This document shows, piece by piece, positions 41,688 to 50,841 of a DNA stretch of 64,000 nucleotides. Below the pieces are notes generated by a model. The model searched no databases. It saw nothing but the letters and a program-made list of their open reading frames with translations, and was not told the DNA's origin. Position numbers and translations under genes: made by a program. Origin of the DNA: Candidatus Moraniibacteriota bacterium (GTDB lineage Bacteria > Patescibacteriota > Minisyncoccia > Moranbacterales > GCA-2747515); the NCBI GenBank assembly GCA_023133275.1, contig JAGLWU010000002.1, positions 2,440 through 66,439 on the forward strand. The letters run 5' to 3'. Position 1 is the first letter of the stretch. Each line of letters begins with the position of its first letter.

Positions 41688-42373
41688 AATGATAATTTAA
41701 TAATAGTTGTATTAAAAATAATATTTAAAATTAAAAGTAGAAAATATAAAGACCAAATTGATCGAGCAACATTAACTATTTTTCTAAAGAATAAAGTCGG
41801 CAAACTCATCAACAATACAATTAATACAGTTTTTATAGAAAAATTAAAAAAAGACATCAGAAGTAAACAAAATACTATAACAGGAAATATTTTATTTAAC
41901 TGATTGTATTCTTTAGTTATAAAATTTACAAATCCAAAACTAAAAATTACAAAAAATAAATAGAAAATAGCTACAAATATTTCGTATATTAAAAATACTT
42001 GAAACTTTATTGATAAATAACCTACTAATAAATGATAATGTTCTGCTAAAAAAGATTGGGTTATAAATATAATTGAGAACAATCCCAGTGCAAAAGCAAA
42101 AATGATTGGCAAAATTGTTTTGGAAGTATATTTATATTTTCCGATATACATGTCAGCGAAACTTTTTTTTAAAATAATGCGAATGTATAAAATCGGAAAA
42201 ACTACGAGAAATAGGAAGGATCTTAATAAAATTTCTATTATATCTGATCGACCTTTGATTTCTGTGGGCAGTAACCAAAATAATAATAAGCAACTGGTAG
42301 CAAAAAACAGTGAGACTATTAATTCTATTGTTTGGTGTTTTATTTTTTTTAAATCGCTTGCTATGAAATACAT
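41684..42373 (-). CDS. hypothetical polytopic membrane protein (6 TM)
   Basis: 229 aa, hydrophobic throughout. Overlaps the stop of the upstream gene by 4 nt, so it is operonic. Confidence 0.5.
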   Translation of the reverse strand: MYFIASDLKKIKHQTIELIVSLFFATSCLLLFWLLPTEIKGRSDIIEILLRSFLFLVVFPILYIRIILKKSFADMYIGKYKYTSKTILPIIFAFALGLFSIIFITQSFLAEHYHLLVGYLSIKFQVFLIYEIFVAIFYLFFVIFSFGFVNFITKEYNQLNKIFPVIVFCLLLMSFFNFSIKTVLIVLLMSLPTLFFRKIVNVARSIWSLYFLLLILNIIFNTTIIKLSL

Positions 42374-42434
42374 TTTAATTTTGAAAAATAATGTTATATT
42401 TATAATTTACCATAAATCGGATGAATAGTCAGCT

Positions 42435-43136
42435 TTATTCTAAAACTAAATTTGGATATTTTTTCTGTAATTTTTTTACTTCAACTTTAGCTTTTCTAGA
42501 CTCCTTAATTGAATCTTCATATGCTATAAAAACTGTTGCTATACTTATTGGTAAAATTCCTATATAAGGAATTGCGTCTGCTATCAACATTGCAACTCTT
42601 ATTACTCTTTTTTTAGTCCTAGCTTTTCTGTTTCCAACCCGCCAAAGAGAAATTGTTAAATAGATACTTCCACAAAATGCACAAAAACCTCCCACAATCC
42701 AACCAACATAAGGAATAAGCGAAACAATATCTACTATAAAATCTAAAGAAAAAGCTATAATAAAATTTAAAATCCATATTGGTCTTTCATGTCTATTTAT
42801 TCTGCGATAAGATCTTTTTAGTAAAATTTTTGCTTTACGTGGAATTTTTATACCAAACTCTCTTTTGTCTAACTCTTCCTCTCGTTGCAATTGCCTTAAT
42901 TCATTCATTTTTTCTTTCTGTCGATCATCAGAAAAATTTTGACTTACATTAGAATCAAATGTTTGCATAGGTCTAGTTATGTTTCCATAAAGTTTTCTAA
43001 CTTTTTTTCCCTGTTCTTCCTGATCAATATTTTCTTGTAAACGAACATTTCTAAGTTTAGCTTTTGTTTCACTATCTGATCTCGCCTCAGGATTTCGTAC
43101 AAAAAGCCTACCAACATGTTCTTGATCTCTTTCCAT
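42435..43136 (-). CDS. hypothetical membrane protein with a charged N-terminal domain
   Basis: 233 aa. Coiled-coil-like charged N-terminus, three C-terminal TM segments. Confidence 0.5.
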   Translation of the reverse strand: MERDQEHVGRLFVRNPEARSDSETKAKLRNVRLQENIDQEEQGKKVRKLYGNITRPMQTFDSNVSQNFSDDRQKEKMNELRQLQREEELDKREFGIKIPRKAKILLKRSYRRINRHERPIWILNFIIAFSLDFIVDIVSLIPYVGWIVGGFCAFCGSIYLTISLWRVGNRKARTKKRVIRVAMLIADAIPYIGILPISIATVFIAYEDSIKESRKAKVEVKKLQKKYPNLVLE

Positions 43137-43172
43137 ATTTTTATATATTAGACTTCTTAAAAACCCTTGCTA

Positions 43173-43282
43173 CTGTCATCTCGAGCGTAGCGATAGCGAA
43201 GTCAAGAGATCTCAAAACTCTGTAATTGTCTGTAAGCCTTGAGATTTCTCCGTTCCGCTTTGCTTCAGTCAAAATGACATGA
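43173..43282. mobile_element. MITE-like, GC-richer palindromic element (TGTCATCTCGAGCGTAGCG...AGAGATCTC / inverted copy) inside the T4SS-like operon
   Basis: Terminal inverted repeats of about 40 bp: ctgtcatctcgagcgtagcgatagcgaagtcaagagatctc versus reverse complement ctcatgtcattttgactgaagcaaagcggaacggagaaatctc. Related to the TGTCATTCTGA modules. Confidence 0.55.
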
Positions 43283-43335
43283 GTAGATTTTTTTGGAAGT
43301 TTCTTCTTTAAAACACTACAACACAACATTTATAT

Positions 43336-43396
43336 AAATCTAAAAGTCTACCCGTTTACCAGTCTAATTATCTAATAATACTACCAGTCTAAAACT
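43336..43396. repeat. TCTA-type 8-bp phased array (about 7 units)
   Basis: aatctaaa agtctacc cgtttacc agtctaat tatctaat aatactacc agtctaaa. Confidence 0.55.
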
Positions 43397-43418
43397 ACTG
43401 ATACCTAATATCATCAGA

Positions 43419-45266
43419 CTAACGTTGAACACCATCTAATCCAACTTCCTGTTCCAATTCCTCCTGCTCTTTCATTTTTTCCAATTGTCGAGGATCGGAA
43501 GTGATAACTTTATCCTCACTGTAAGAACTAATAATTTTAATCGCGGCATGTTTTGGTCCTGCAAAAAGAATACCCTCTCCTACTCCACTTTCCAAAAGAA
43601 GAAATTTCTCATGATCTGTTAAATAAAAAGTATCCGCAATTACATCCACTGAAGCTGGAGATTGTCGAAGAAGTAATTGGAGCGATGAGTTTGTAACAAT
43701 TGGTTTGCCATAGCGACTCGACATAAAATCACTTACATCCTGTGTAATTGTCGTTAATCCTGTGTAATATTTACGACAACGTTTCGCAATGCTAAACATA
43801 AAAGAAGCTGCGTCTTCGCTCTGCATCATCACCCATGCCTCATCCACTACCACCATTCTCTGAGTCATATTGGAACGCATCTCATTCCAAATAAATTGCA
43901 AAATAATATACATCGCAATCGGTCGCAATTCGTCTTCCAAATCTCTAATGTTAAAAACTACCATTTGATTTTTGATTTCAACATTTGTTGGTCTATTTAA
44001 AAATCCAGAAAAAATTCCCTCGGTATATTTAGCTAATCTTTTTGCCAAAGAATCGCCACCTTCCATATTAACTAAAACATCGTAGAGATCAGACATGGTT
44101 GGATAGCCAGAATGTGGAATAGATCCAAAATTGCTATTTTCATTAATGTCACGTACTGCATAACTTTCTCGAATCGCCCGTTCTAAAACGGTGTCCTCCT
44201 CGGCTGTTACAGAACCTAACATTAAATGCAAAAGTCCAATTAAACCTGCTATCGTATTTCGAAAAACGTCTTGTGGTCTTTCATCGGCAGGAATTGGAGG
44301 TAATTCAAATGGATTTATACAAGCCTTTGAACCTAAAGAAATTCTGATATAACTTCCTGCCACAGTTTGACATAAATGTTTATATTCATTTTCAGGATCA
44401 ATTACAATTACATTTGTTCCAAACATCATTGATCGCAAAATTTCTAATTTAACAAAATAAGATTTACCTGCTCCTGATTTAGCAAAAATTACCATGTTGG
44501 CATTTTCCATGTTAAAACGGTCGAATAAAATTAAACTATTATTATGTCGATTAATTCCGTAAAGAATACCTTCGTTTGAAGATAAATTTGATGAAACGAA
44601 TGGAAAGGTAGTTGAAAGTGGTGCGGTATTTAAATTATTGCCATTATTTAATTTATCTTCACAAAGTGGGATACTGGAAATAAAACCTTGATCCATCCGC
44701 AAAGTAGCTGGTTTAGTGTAAATCATCTGAGCCTCTAAAATTGCAGTAACTTCATTTTTATTTTTTCGTAATTCTTCTTCGTTTTCACCGTAAAAAGTGA
44801 TGTATAAACCAAAGCGGAAAAACCGTTCAGTTCCCTGTTGTAATTGAGTTCTCAAAGTTTCCACATTTTCTAAGGCAGTTTCTAACATTGGGTCGCGAAT
44901 TTTTCCTGCTTCAGCCTCGATGTGCATTTGTGATTGAACGTGAGTTGAGGTTTTTTTCAAATTTTTTAAAACATTGCGAGTGTCTGCTGGATGGATAAAC
45001 ATTGATACGTCCATTGGAAAATCGATGTTGACAATGGGAGAAAACCAGTTATCATTTAAATATCGGGGATATGCCATGACGAATAGAGTGGTTGAAAGTA
45101 CATCGCCAATTTGAATTTTGCTAGCTGAAATTTCTAAAGCACTGGGTGCAATGAGTCCTCTAACGGTGGCTACTCCTTTTTGATAGAATTTTTCACGTTC
45201 TAAGATTTCTTCTGGAGTATCTACAACTATTTGTTCTTGTTTTTTGTTTTTTTTATTGAATAACAT
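43419..45266 (-). CDS. VirB4/TrbE/CagE-family type IV secretion ATPase
   Basis: N-terminal VirB4 region IAPSALEISASKIQIGDVLSTTLFVMAYPRY, Walker A FAKSGAGKSYFV, Walker B MVVVDEAW. Confidence 0.85.
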   Translation of the reverse strand: MLFNKKNKKQEQIVVDTPEEILEREKFYQKGVATVRGLIAPSALEISASKIQIGDVLSTTLFVMAYPRYLNDNWFSPIVNIDFPMDVSMFIHPADTRNVLKNLKKTSTHVQSQMHIEAEAGKIRDPMLETALENVETLRTQLQQGTERFFRFGLYITFYGENEEELRKNKNEVTAILEAQMIYTKPATLRMDQGFISSIPLCEDKLNNGNNLNTAPLSTTFPFVSSNLSSNEGILYGINRHNNSLILFDRFNMENANMVIFAKSGAGKSYFVKLEILRSMMFGTNVIVIDPENEYKHLCQTVAGSYIRISLGSKACINPFELPPIPADERPQDVFRNTIAGLIGLLHLMLGSVTAEEDTVLERAIRESYAVRDINENSNFGSIPHSGYPTMSDLYDVLVNMEGGDSLAKRLAKYTEGIFSGFLNRPTNVEIKNQMVVFNIRDLEDELRPIAMYIILQFIWNEMRSNMTQRMVVVDEAWVMMQSEDAASFMFSIAKRCRKYYTGLTTITQDVSDFMSSRYGKPIVTNSSLQLLLRQSPASVDVIADTFYLTDHEKFLLLESGVGEGILFAGPKHAAIKIISSYSEDKVITSDPRQLEKMKEQEELEQEVGLDGVQR

Positions 45267-45341
45267 TTTTTGTTTTGTAATTAGCGACTGATAAATTAGT
45301 AGCTAGAATTATTGATTATGAATTTATTTTGTATTTTTAAA

Positions 45342-45764
45342 TTACCATTTTATTTTTCTTCGCAACGGATCAGTTATTTTTAAAACTATTAAACTAAACA
45401 TATATAAAAATAACCAAACTTTGAAAAAATATATAATAAAATCAATAATAAAAATTTTTTCAGAATTTAAAATATCTACAAATATAATAGAAAATAATAA
45501 ATATATTGGAATTAATACTAGAACGGAACAAATAAAAATATTATATTTATCCTTTTTAACCTTATTATAAATAAATGCTACTAGGCTAGCAGGTAAAGCA
45601 AAAAATAAAAATTCTAACAAATAAATATCGTGATTATCTGGGGGACACACCCTTAATTGACAATTATACAAAAAAATTAGAAAAATAAATAGTATAGATA
45701 TAATATTCAAACTTAAAAAATATATTATTTTTTCTTTTGTGATTTTCATAAATTTAATTTTCAT
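45342..45764 (-). CDS. small 4-TM membrane protein (possible VirB3-like T4SS component)
   Basis: 140 aa, hydrophobic. Located immediately upstream of virB4. Confidence 0.4.
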   Translation of the reverse strand: MKIKFMKITKEKIIYFLSLNIISILFIFLIFLYNCQLRVCPPDNHDIYLLEFLFFALPASLVAFIYNKVKKDKYNIFICSVLVLIPIYLLFSIIFVDILNSEKIFIIDFIIYFFKVWLFLYMFSLIVLKITDPLRRKIKW

Positions 45765-45801
45765 TGAACAATAGATTATGACCCATTGTTTATAAATAAT
45801 T

Positions 45802-46485
45802 CTACAATCTAACTAATTCAGTCTTTTCAATATTCTTAATCGCTGACTGAGCAAAAACAGACGGATTATACGCATTGTAAAACAATTCAATCAATTCATC
45901 AGTATTCAAAGTCGTAAAATTTAAACCCGTTCCCCCCAACGCCGCCGCAATATGATCAACTCTCTGATAAAGCTGATTTTTATAAGTCTCAAATAATTCC
46001 TTACGCTCAGTTACAACCTGAGAAGGATTCAACAATGACGACATTTTATTCAAAAAACCACCAGTCGTACTCTCAATCGGAGAAAAAGGCACCACAATAT
46101 AAAAATATTTACTCATGATATTAGTAACCTCAGTAAGATGTTGCACGAATGCACGATATTCTGCTGTCTGAATTTTTAACAATTCATTACGTTGTTTTTT
46201 TTCACTTTCTTTTAAACTCTCTAAATATGGTCTAATATTTAATTTCCGAGAACTAATTACGATTTGAATAGGAAAATCTAAAGAATTGAGAAAATTTTGA
46301 TACGCCCCCACAATAGCCACTTGCTCATCAGAAGCTTTCAAATCAAAATTAATTGACGACACTAATAAAACCGATCTCAACGATCCATTTTTTAACACAA
46401 CAACTCCATCTTTAATTGTTTGAATATCAACATATTTTAAAGTGCTGATATTTTGATTTTCTTTTTGTTTTTTCTTTTTCGCCAT
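45802..46485 (-). CDS. hypothetical soluble protein in the T4SS-like cluster
   Basis: 227 aa with no TM. The N-terminus IKDGVVVLKNGSLRSVLLVSS resembles the beta-rich N-domains of conjugation proteins; weak evidence. Confidence 0.45.
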   Translation of the reverse strand: MAKKKKQKENQNISTLKYVDIQTIKDGVVVLKNGSLRSVLLVSSINFDLKASDEQVAIVGAYQNFLNSLDFPIQIVISSRKLNIRPYLESLKESEKKQRNELLKIQTAEYRAFVQHLTEVTNIMSKYFYIVVPFSPIESTTGGFLNKMSSLLNPSQVVTERKELFETYKNQLYQRVDHIAAALGGTGLNFTTLNTDELIELFYNAYNPSVFAQSAIKNIEKTELVRL

Positions 46486-46607
46486 TTTATTTTTGATAAG
46501 TTAGTAACTGGTAATCAGTAACTAGAAATTAATTGTAAATTGCTATTCTAAATAAATACTTTTTTAAGTTCTAAATTGTAAATTTCTATTTTAAAACGTA
46601 GTAATAT

Positions 46608-46650
46608 TTCTACAAATCTAATGGTCTAAAAATCTATCCTCGATAATCTG
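46608..46650. repeat. TCTA 8-bp phased array; its inverted partner lies at 47447-47478
   Basis: tttctacaaatctaatggtctaaaaatctatcc versus reverse complement atattctacaaatctaatggtctaaaaat. Confidence 0.6.
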
Positions 46651-47086
46651 TTCTTTTTTTAAGGATTTCTTCTAATTTATTATTGCCATTAACACCTCTG
46701 GTATCAAGAGTGTGGGCTAATATGGAAATATCATCTGTATCTAACGGTTTTTTATTGTAAACCACTTGATTCATTTCTATCGGTTCAATTTTTTTCTGTT
46801 TTTTTATTTCGGGATCTCTTTGCCAAGTGTAGGCACGTGGTTTAAATATGTAAAGAATGGCAAATCCAACAAATTGAATTAGAGGTAATCCCTGCGGTTT
46901 GTAAAAAGCGAATGAAACAACAATGATAGTAATTGGAATTGCAACGGTATAAAAAGCGGATTCGTCCAATAGTTTCCAAAGAATTACTAAAATTGTTCCG
47001 CCCGCAAAAAACCAGCCTAATTGTTTCCAAGTTAGTGGTCCAACTATTTTATCTTCAATATCGACATACTGTGGTACTACTTTCAT
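46634..47086 (-). CDS. PrgI-family (VirB3-like) small membrane protein of Gram-positive-type T4SS
   Basis: VPQYVDIEDKIVGPLTWKQLGWFFAGG is the PrgI signature N-terminus; two TM helices. Confidence 0.6.
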   Translation of the reverse strand: MKVVPQYVDIEDKIVGPLTWKQLGWFFAGGTILVILWKLLDESAFYTVAIPITIIVVSFAFYKPQGLPLIQFVGFAILYIFKPRAYTWQRDPEIKKQKKIEPIEMNQVVYNKKPLDTDDISILAHTLDTRGVNGNNKLEEILKKRTDYRG

Positions 47087-47263
47087 TTTTTTGTTTTTGG
47101 ATAAATTAAATTTACAAAAATAATATTTCTAATTTACTTCTTTATTATAACACTTTTTCCTTTTTTGAGAATAGCGTAGCGATAAGTAAAAATAATTTAA
47201 ATAAGTTGTTAAAATTAATAGTTGTTTTTTGTCTTATCGTGATGTATTTATTTCAAGGAAACA

Positions 47264-47294
47264 AAAAAGTTCCGCAATAAAGCGGAACTTTTTT
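47264..47294. terminator. bidirectional hairpin terminator (AAAAAGTTCCGC aataa GCGGAACTTTTT) downstream of tRNA-Pro
   Basis: Perfect 9-bp stem flanked by an A-run and a T-run. Confidence 0.6.
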
Positions 47295-47303
47295 ATTTCC
47301 TTG

Positions 47304-47375
47304 TCGGGGTACAGAGACTCGAACTCTGACTAAATCCTCCCAAAGGACTCGTGCTAGCCATTACACTATACCCCG
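47304..47375 (-). tRNA. tRNA-Pro (anticodon TGG)
   Basis: Reverse complement CGGGGTATAGTGTAATGGCTAGCACGAGTCCTTTGGGAGGATTTAGTCAGAGTTCGAGTCTCTGTACCCCGA. C1-G72 pair typical of bacterial tRNA-Pro. Anticodon loop TTTGGGA. Confidence 0.85.
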
Positions 47376-47446
47376 CAAATTTACTTTGATAATTTACTTT
47401 GATATTGTATAACTTTATTGAAAATAAATCAAGAGAGAAATGGATC

Positions 47447-47478
47447 GGTAGATTTTTAGACCATTAGATTTGTAGAAT
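47447..47478. repeat. TAGA/TCTA 8-bp phased array (inverted partner of 46608-46650)
   Basis: ggtagatttttagaccattagatttgtagaat. Confidence 0.6.
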
Positions 47479-47526
47479 ATAAACTTCACCTCCCTACTCA
47501 TAAAAAGTAAAGAGGTGAAAATTTTA

Positions 47527-47697
47527 TCATACTATCCCTACTGAGCTTTTATCATCAATCTTATCATTGATTTCAACTAATTGATCATAAACATTTTTTA
47601 GAACAGTCTGAATTTCAATGTCTTTTTCATTACTACGAGCATATTCTTTAGTTATCTCAACAGACATCTCTAAAAGTTTTCTATTGTCGTGTTTCAT
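47527..47697 (-). CDS. possible small protein (56 aa), not in the ORF track
   Basis: MKHDNRKLLEMSVEITKEYARSNEKDIEIQTVLKNVYDQLVEINDKIDDKSSVGIV, followed by a 7-bp stem hairpin. Weak. Confidence 0.2.
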   Translation of the reverse strand: MKHDNRKLLEMSVEITKEYARSNEKDIEIQTVLKNVYDQLVEINDKIDDKSSVGIV

Positions 47698-47996
47698 AAA
47701 TTTTAAATTAAACGTTAATTAAATAGATATTTCGACCTTTGAATAATATCTATTTTAATTTTAACATGTTAAGAATAGGAGGGAAATTTATAAACTGTGA
47801 AGTCATTGTAGATTAATAATTCTCAGTAAAAAAACTTGCCAAACATCAATTTTAGTGATAAATTAAATAAAGTTGACCATCAATTAAAAATGATGGTATT
47901 TAAAATTTACGCAATTAATTATTAAGTGTTTACCAGCGTTGAACACATATCTATATTTAAGCCTAACTAAAAGACTTAAATCATAGAATTTTACCT

Positions 47997-49322
47997 ATGT
48001 CAGCAACAAGAGATCTTTTAGATAAAATTGTTAGTCAAGTTAAAGGAGAAGACGAAAAAAAAGCTTCTTCAAAAAAAGTTGTAAAAAAAGAAGTTTCATT
48101 AGATGAAAACGCTTCAATGGAAGAATTGATGCAAGTAAATGTAAATGATTCAGATTTTCCAAAAGTAGGAGATATTATCGAGAGTACAGTTATAGACATC
48201 AGTTCCAGCGTTACTCTTTTAGACATCGGTCTGATTGGAACAGGAATGGTTATCGGGAGAGAGGCAAAAAGTGGTTTAGCTGAGGACGATAAAATTAAAA
48301 TTGGTTCAAAAGTTACTGCAACTGTAACAGATTTAGACAATGATGAAGGTTACATTGAACTTTCTATTCGAGAAGCTTCTTATGGAAGAGCTTGGGATGA
48401 TTTGGATGGGAAAAAAGAAAGTAAAGAAACAGTTCCTACTAAAATTTTAGATGCTAACCGAGGTGGTTTGATGATTGAAATTAATGGAATTACTGGATTT
48501 TTGCCAGTTTCTCAACTTTCCAGTGAAAATTATCCACGAGTTGAGGATGGAGATAAAAATAAGATTTTAGAAATTTTGAAAGCATTGATTGGTAAAGAAT
48601 TGGGTGTGCGAATTTTAGACATTGATCAAGAAGATGAAAAATTGATTGTTTCAGAAAAAGCTGCACACAGTGAAAAAGAACGTCAAGTTATTGCTGATTT
48701 ATCTATTGGTGATGAAATTGAAGGTTATGTTAGTGGCGTAGTTGATTTCGGTGCATTTATTAAATTTGCTCCAAAAGGTTCAGATGAATCAAAGAATTTG
48801 GAAGGTTTGGTGCATATTAGTGAATTAGCTTGGCAGTTAATTGACAATCCTCGTGAAATTATTAAAGTTAATGATAAAGTTAAGGCAAAAATTATCGGAA
48901 TTGATGATACTCGAATTTCACTTTCAATCAAGGCTTTAACTAAAGATCCTTGGAGTCAAATTGAGAAGAAATATGAAATTGATGAAATTTACAAAGGAAA
49001 AGTTGATAAAATTAATCACTTTGGAGCATTTGTTTACTTGGATAGTGATATTCATGGGCTGGCACATATTAGTGAGTTTCAGGAGTCTTTCCCTGGAAAG
49101 AAACTTGAGGATAAGATGACGGCTGGTGAAGAATACATGTGGAAAGTTATTTCAATTGAATCTAAAGCTCATAGAATGGGACTGGTTTTAGTTGATGAAA
49201 AAGCAGAGAAAACGAAGAAGAAAAAAGTAGTTAAAAAAGAAACTAAAAAAGAGGTTAAATCTAAAGTTGAACCTAAAGAGAAGAAAAAGTCTGAAGATGA
49301 GAAAAAATCTGAAGATAAATAA
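47997..49322 (+). CDS. rpsA: 30S ribosomal protein S1-like (four S1 domains, Lys-rich tail)
   Basis: Repeated S1 folds (GxV...G.V..V..fGaFv). cmk lies adjacent. Confidence 0.7.
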   Translation: MSATRDLLDKIVSQVKGEDEKKASSKKVVKKEVSLDENASMEELMQVNVNDSDFPKVGDIIESTVIDISSSVTLLDIGLIGTGMVIGREAKSGLAEDDKIKIGSKVTATVTDLDNDEGYIELSIREASYGRAWDDLDGKKESKETVPTKILDANRGGLMIEINGITGFLPVSQLSSENYPRVEDGDKNKILEILKALIGKELGVRILDIDQEDEKLIVSEKAAHSEKERQVIADLSIGDEIEGYVSGVVDFGAFIKFAPKGSDESKNLEGLVHISELAWQLIDNPREIIKVNDKVKAKIIGIDDTRISLSIKALTKDPWSQIEKKYEIDEIYKGKVDKINHFGAFVYLDSDIHGLAHISEFQESFPGKKLEDKMTAGEEYMWKVISIESKAHRMGLVLVDEKAEKTKKKKVVKKETKKEVKSKVEPKEKKKSEDEKKSEDK

Positions 49323-49328
49323 TAAAAT

Positions 49329-49349
49329 CGCGCCTTCGGGCGCGTTTTT
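49329..49349 (+). terminator. intrinsic terminator/attenuator between rpsA and cmk (CGCGCC ttcg GGCGCG plus T5)
   Basis: GC-rich tetraloop hairpin followed by TTTTT. Confidence 0.6.
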
Positions 49350-49376
49350 GCTTTTAAGTAACTTTATTTTAATCTT

Positions 49377-49931
49377 ATGATAATTACAATAACAGGAGAT
49401 GCTGGTGCTGGAAAAAGCACTCTCGGTGAAATGTTAGCTGAAAAATTGAACTTCGAGAGATATTACATGGGACAAATTCTTCGTGATTTGGCAAAGAAAA
49501 AAGGGATGACATTGGTCGAATTATTGAAATATGGAGAAAGTCATTCTGAAATTGATAACGAACTTGATGATTACCAAAAACATTTAGGAGAAGAAAAAGA
49601 AAATTTTATCATTGAAGGCAGAACAAGTTGGTTTTTGATTCCTCATTCTATCAAGCTTTACATTAAAGTTGATCCTAAAGTTGGAGCGGAGAGAATATTT
49701 GAGGATTTACAGCACGAAAATAAAAGAAATGAAGGCTCTAACTTAAATACAGTCGAAGATGTAATGAACAGTAATAGAAAAAGAAGAGAAAGTGATGATC
49801 TGAGGTATAAGAAATATTATGATAAAGATTGTTTTGATGAGAATAATTTTGATTTAGTGGTGGATACTACGGAAATGACTCCTGAAGAAGTGCTTAATAA
49901 AATTTTGGAGTTTGTCGAAAGTAAAAAATAG
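49377..49931 (+). CDS. cmk: cytidylate kinase
   Basis: P-loop ITITGDAGAGKST, NMP-kinase fold, synteny with rpsA. Confidence 0.8.
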   Translation: MIITITGDAGAGKSTLGEMLAEKLNFERYYMGQILRDLAKKKGMTLVELLKYGESHSEIDNELDDYQKHLGEEKENFIIEGRTSWFLIPHSIKLYIKVDPKVGAERIFEDLQHENKRNEGSNLNTVEDVMNSNRKRRESDDLRYKKYYDKDCFDENNFDLVVDTTEMTPEEVLNKILEFVESKK

Positions 49932-49955
49932 CTTTCAATTACGAATTTTTAAAAA

Positions 49956-49985
49956 AGCCTCGGTTGTAAAAACTGAGGCTTTTTG
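49956..49985 (+). terminator. intrinsic terminator after cmk
   Basis: agcctc ggttgtaaaaact gaggct tttt. Confidence 0.55.
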
Positions 49986-50021
49986 TTATTCTGAATATAT
50001 AATTATATTAAAATAATAAAT

Positions 50022-50462
50022 ATGGAAGAACAGAATAAGTTACAAGAAATTAAAAGACCTTGGCAAGGTACAGCTTGGGCGTGGTTGAATATAGTTGGAA
50101 CAGTTTTTTTGTCTATAATTGCTATTATTTTACTCTTAGGATTTGCAGGTGCAGGGATGCTTATGGGAAGTGAGCTAGCTCAAGAAGGGCTTGATCCAGC
50201 TACATTTATAGCAGGCTTGTCAGCATTACTCATTATAATTGCTATACCATTGTTAATTTTAGAAATATTTTTGATTATTGGATTTTTTAAAGGTTGGAAA
50301 TGGGCGGTAATTGTCGCAATTATTTTCGAAGCATTAGGAATAATGAGCTCTTTATTTAGCTTGGGTGAAAATGGAGGTTTTTTCAATTTATTAATTACTG
50401 GATTCATGTTATATTTAGCAATTGCTTGTGTACAACATCCATTTTACAATAAGAAAAAATAG
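50022..50462 (+). CDS. hypothetical 4-TM membrane protein
   Basis: 146 aa, hydrophobic, followed by a terminator. Confidence 0.5.
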   Translation: MEEQNKLQEIKRPWQGTAWAWLNIVGTVFLSIIAIILLLGFAGAGMLMGSELAQEGLDPATFIAGLSALLIIIAIPLLILEIFLIIGFFKGWKWAVIVAIIFEALGIMSSLFSLGENGGFFNLLITGFMLYLAIACVQHPFYNKKK

Positions 50463-50486
50463 CTGATTCAAAAAAAAGATTTCGTA

Positions 50487-50521
50487 AAACTCTGTGATTT
50501 TCACAGAGTTTTATTTTTTTT
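50487..50521 (+). terminator. intrinsic terminator (AAAACTCTGTGA tttt TCACAGAGTTTT plus T-run)
   Basis: Read directly. Confidence 0.6.
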
Positions 50522-50529
50522 AGACCTCC

Positions 50530-50790
50530 CATTATGTCATCCTGAAAAATTATTTCATTTTTTGTAAAAAAATTAAAAAATTTATTCAGGATCTCAGAAG
50601 AACATCATACTTTAAATTTTCTTAAAACTTAAGGTGTAGATACTGAATAGATTAATTTGTATTCAATCGCTACGCTCTTGAACAAATTATATCTTCCAGC
50701 ATGACATATCTGGGAGTTTGTACAGTTTTGCAGGAGTAAAAAATCTTTAATTAAATTTTCAACCCAAAAAGCCCGTGCGGCGAGTACTTT
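50530..50790. repeat. composite repeat: TGTCATCCTGAAAAATTATTT hairpin element with an inverted end (TTCCAGCATGACAT) plus an inverted GCCCGTGCGGCGAG module
   Basis: atgtcatcctgaaaaattatttcattttttgtaaaaaaattaaaaaatttattcaggatc forms an 18-bp hairpin. Confidence 0.65.
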
Positions 50791-50841
50791 TTATGATATA
50801 ATTATGTTAAAGTTAATTTAAACTTTTTAAAAAATATCGAA

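Noticed and set aside
43141-43329. Small ORF (62 aa) on the minus strand
   Set aside because: It lies entirely over the palindromic MITE-like element. ORFs of this kind are typical translation artefacts of GC-richer palindromic repeats.
45802-46485. Considered calling 45802-46485 a second VirB4 or a split VirB4 N-terminal domain
   Set aside because: The adjacent 615-aa VirB4 already contains its own N-terminal domain (IAPSALEIS...YPRY). Similarity of the 227-aa protein to that domain is too weak to assert without profile searches.
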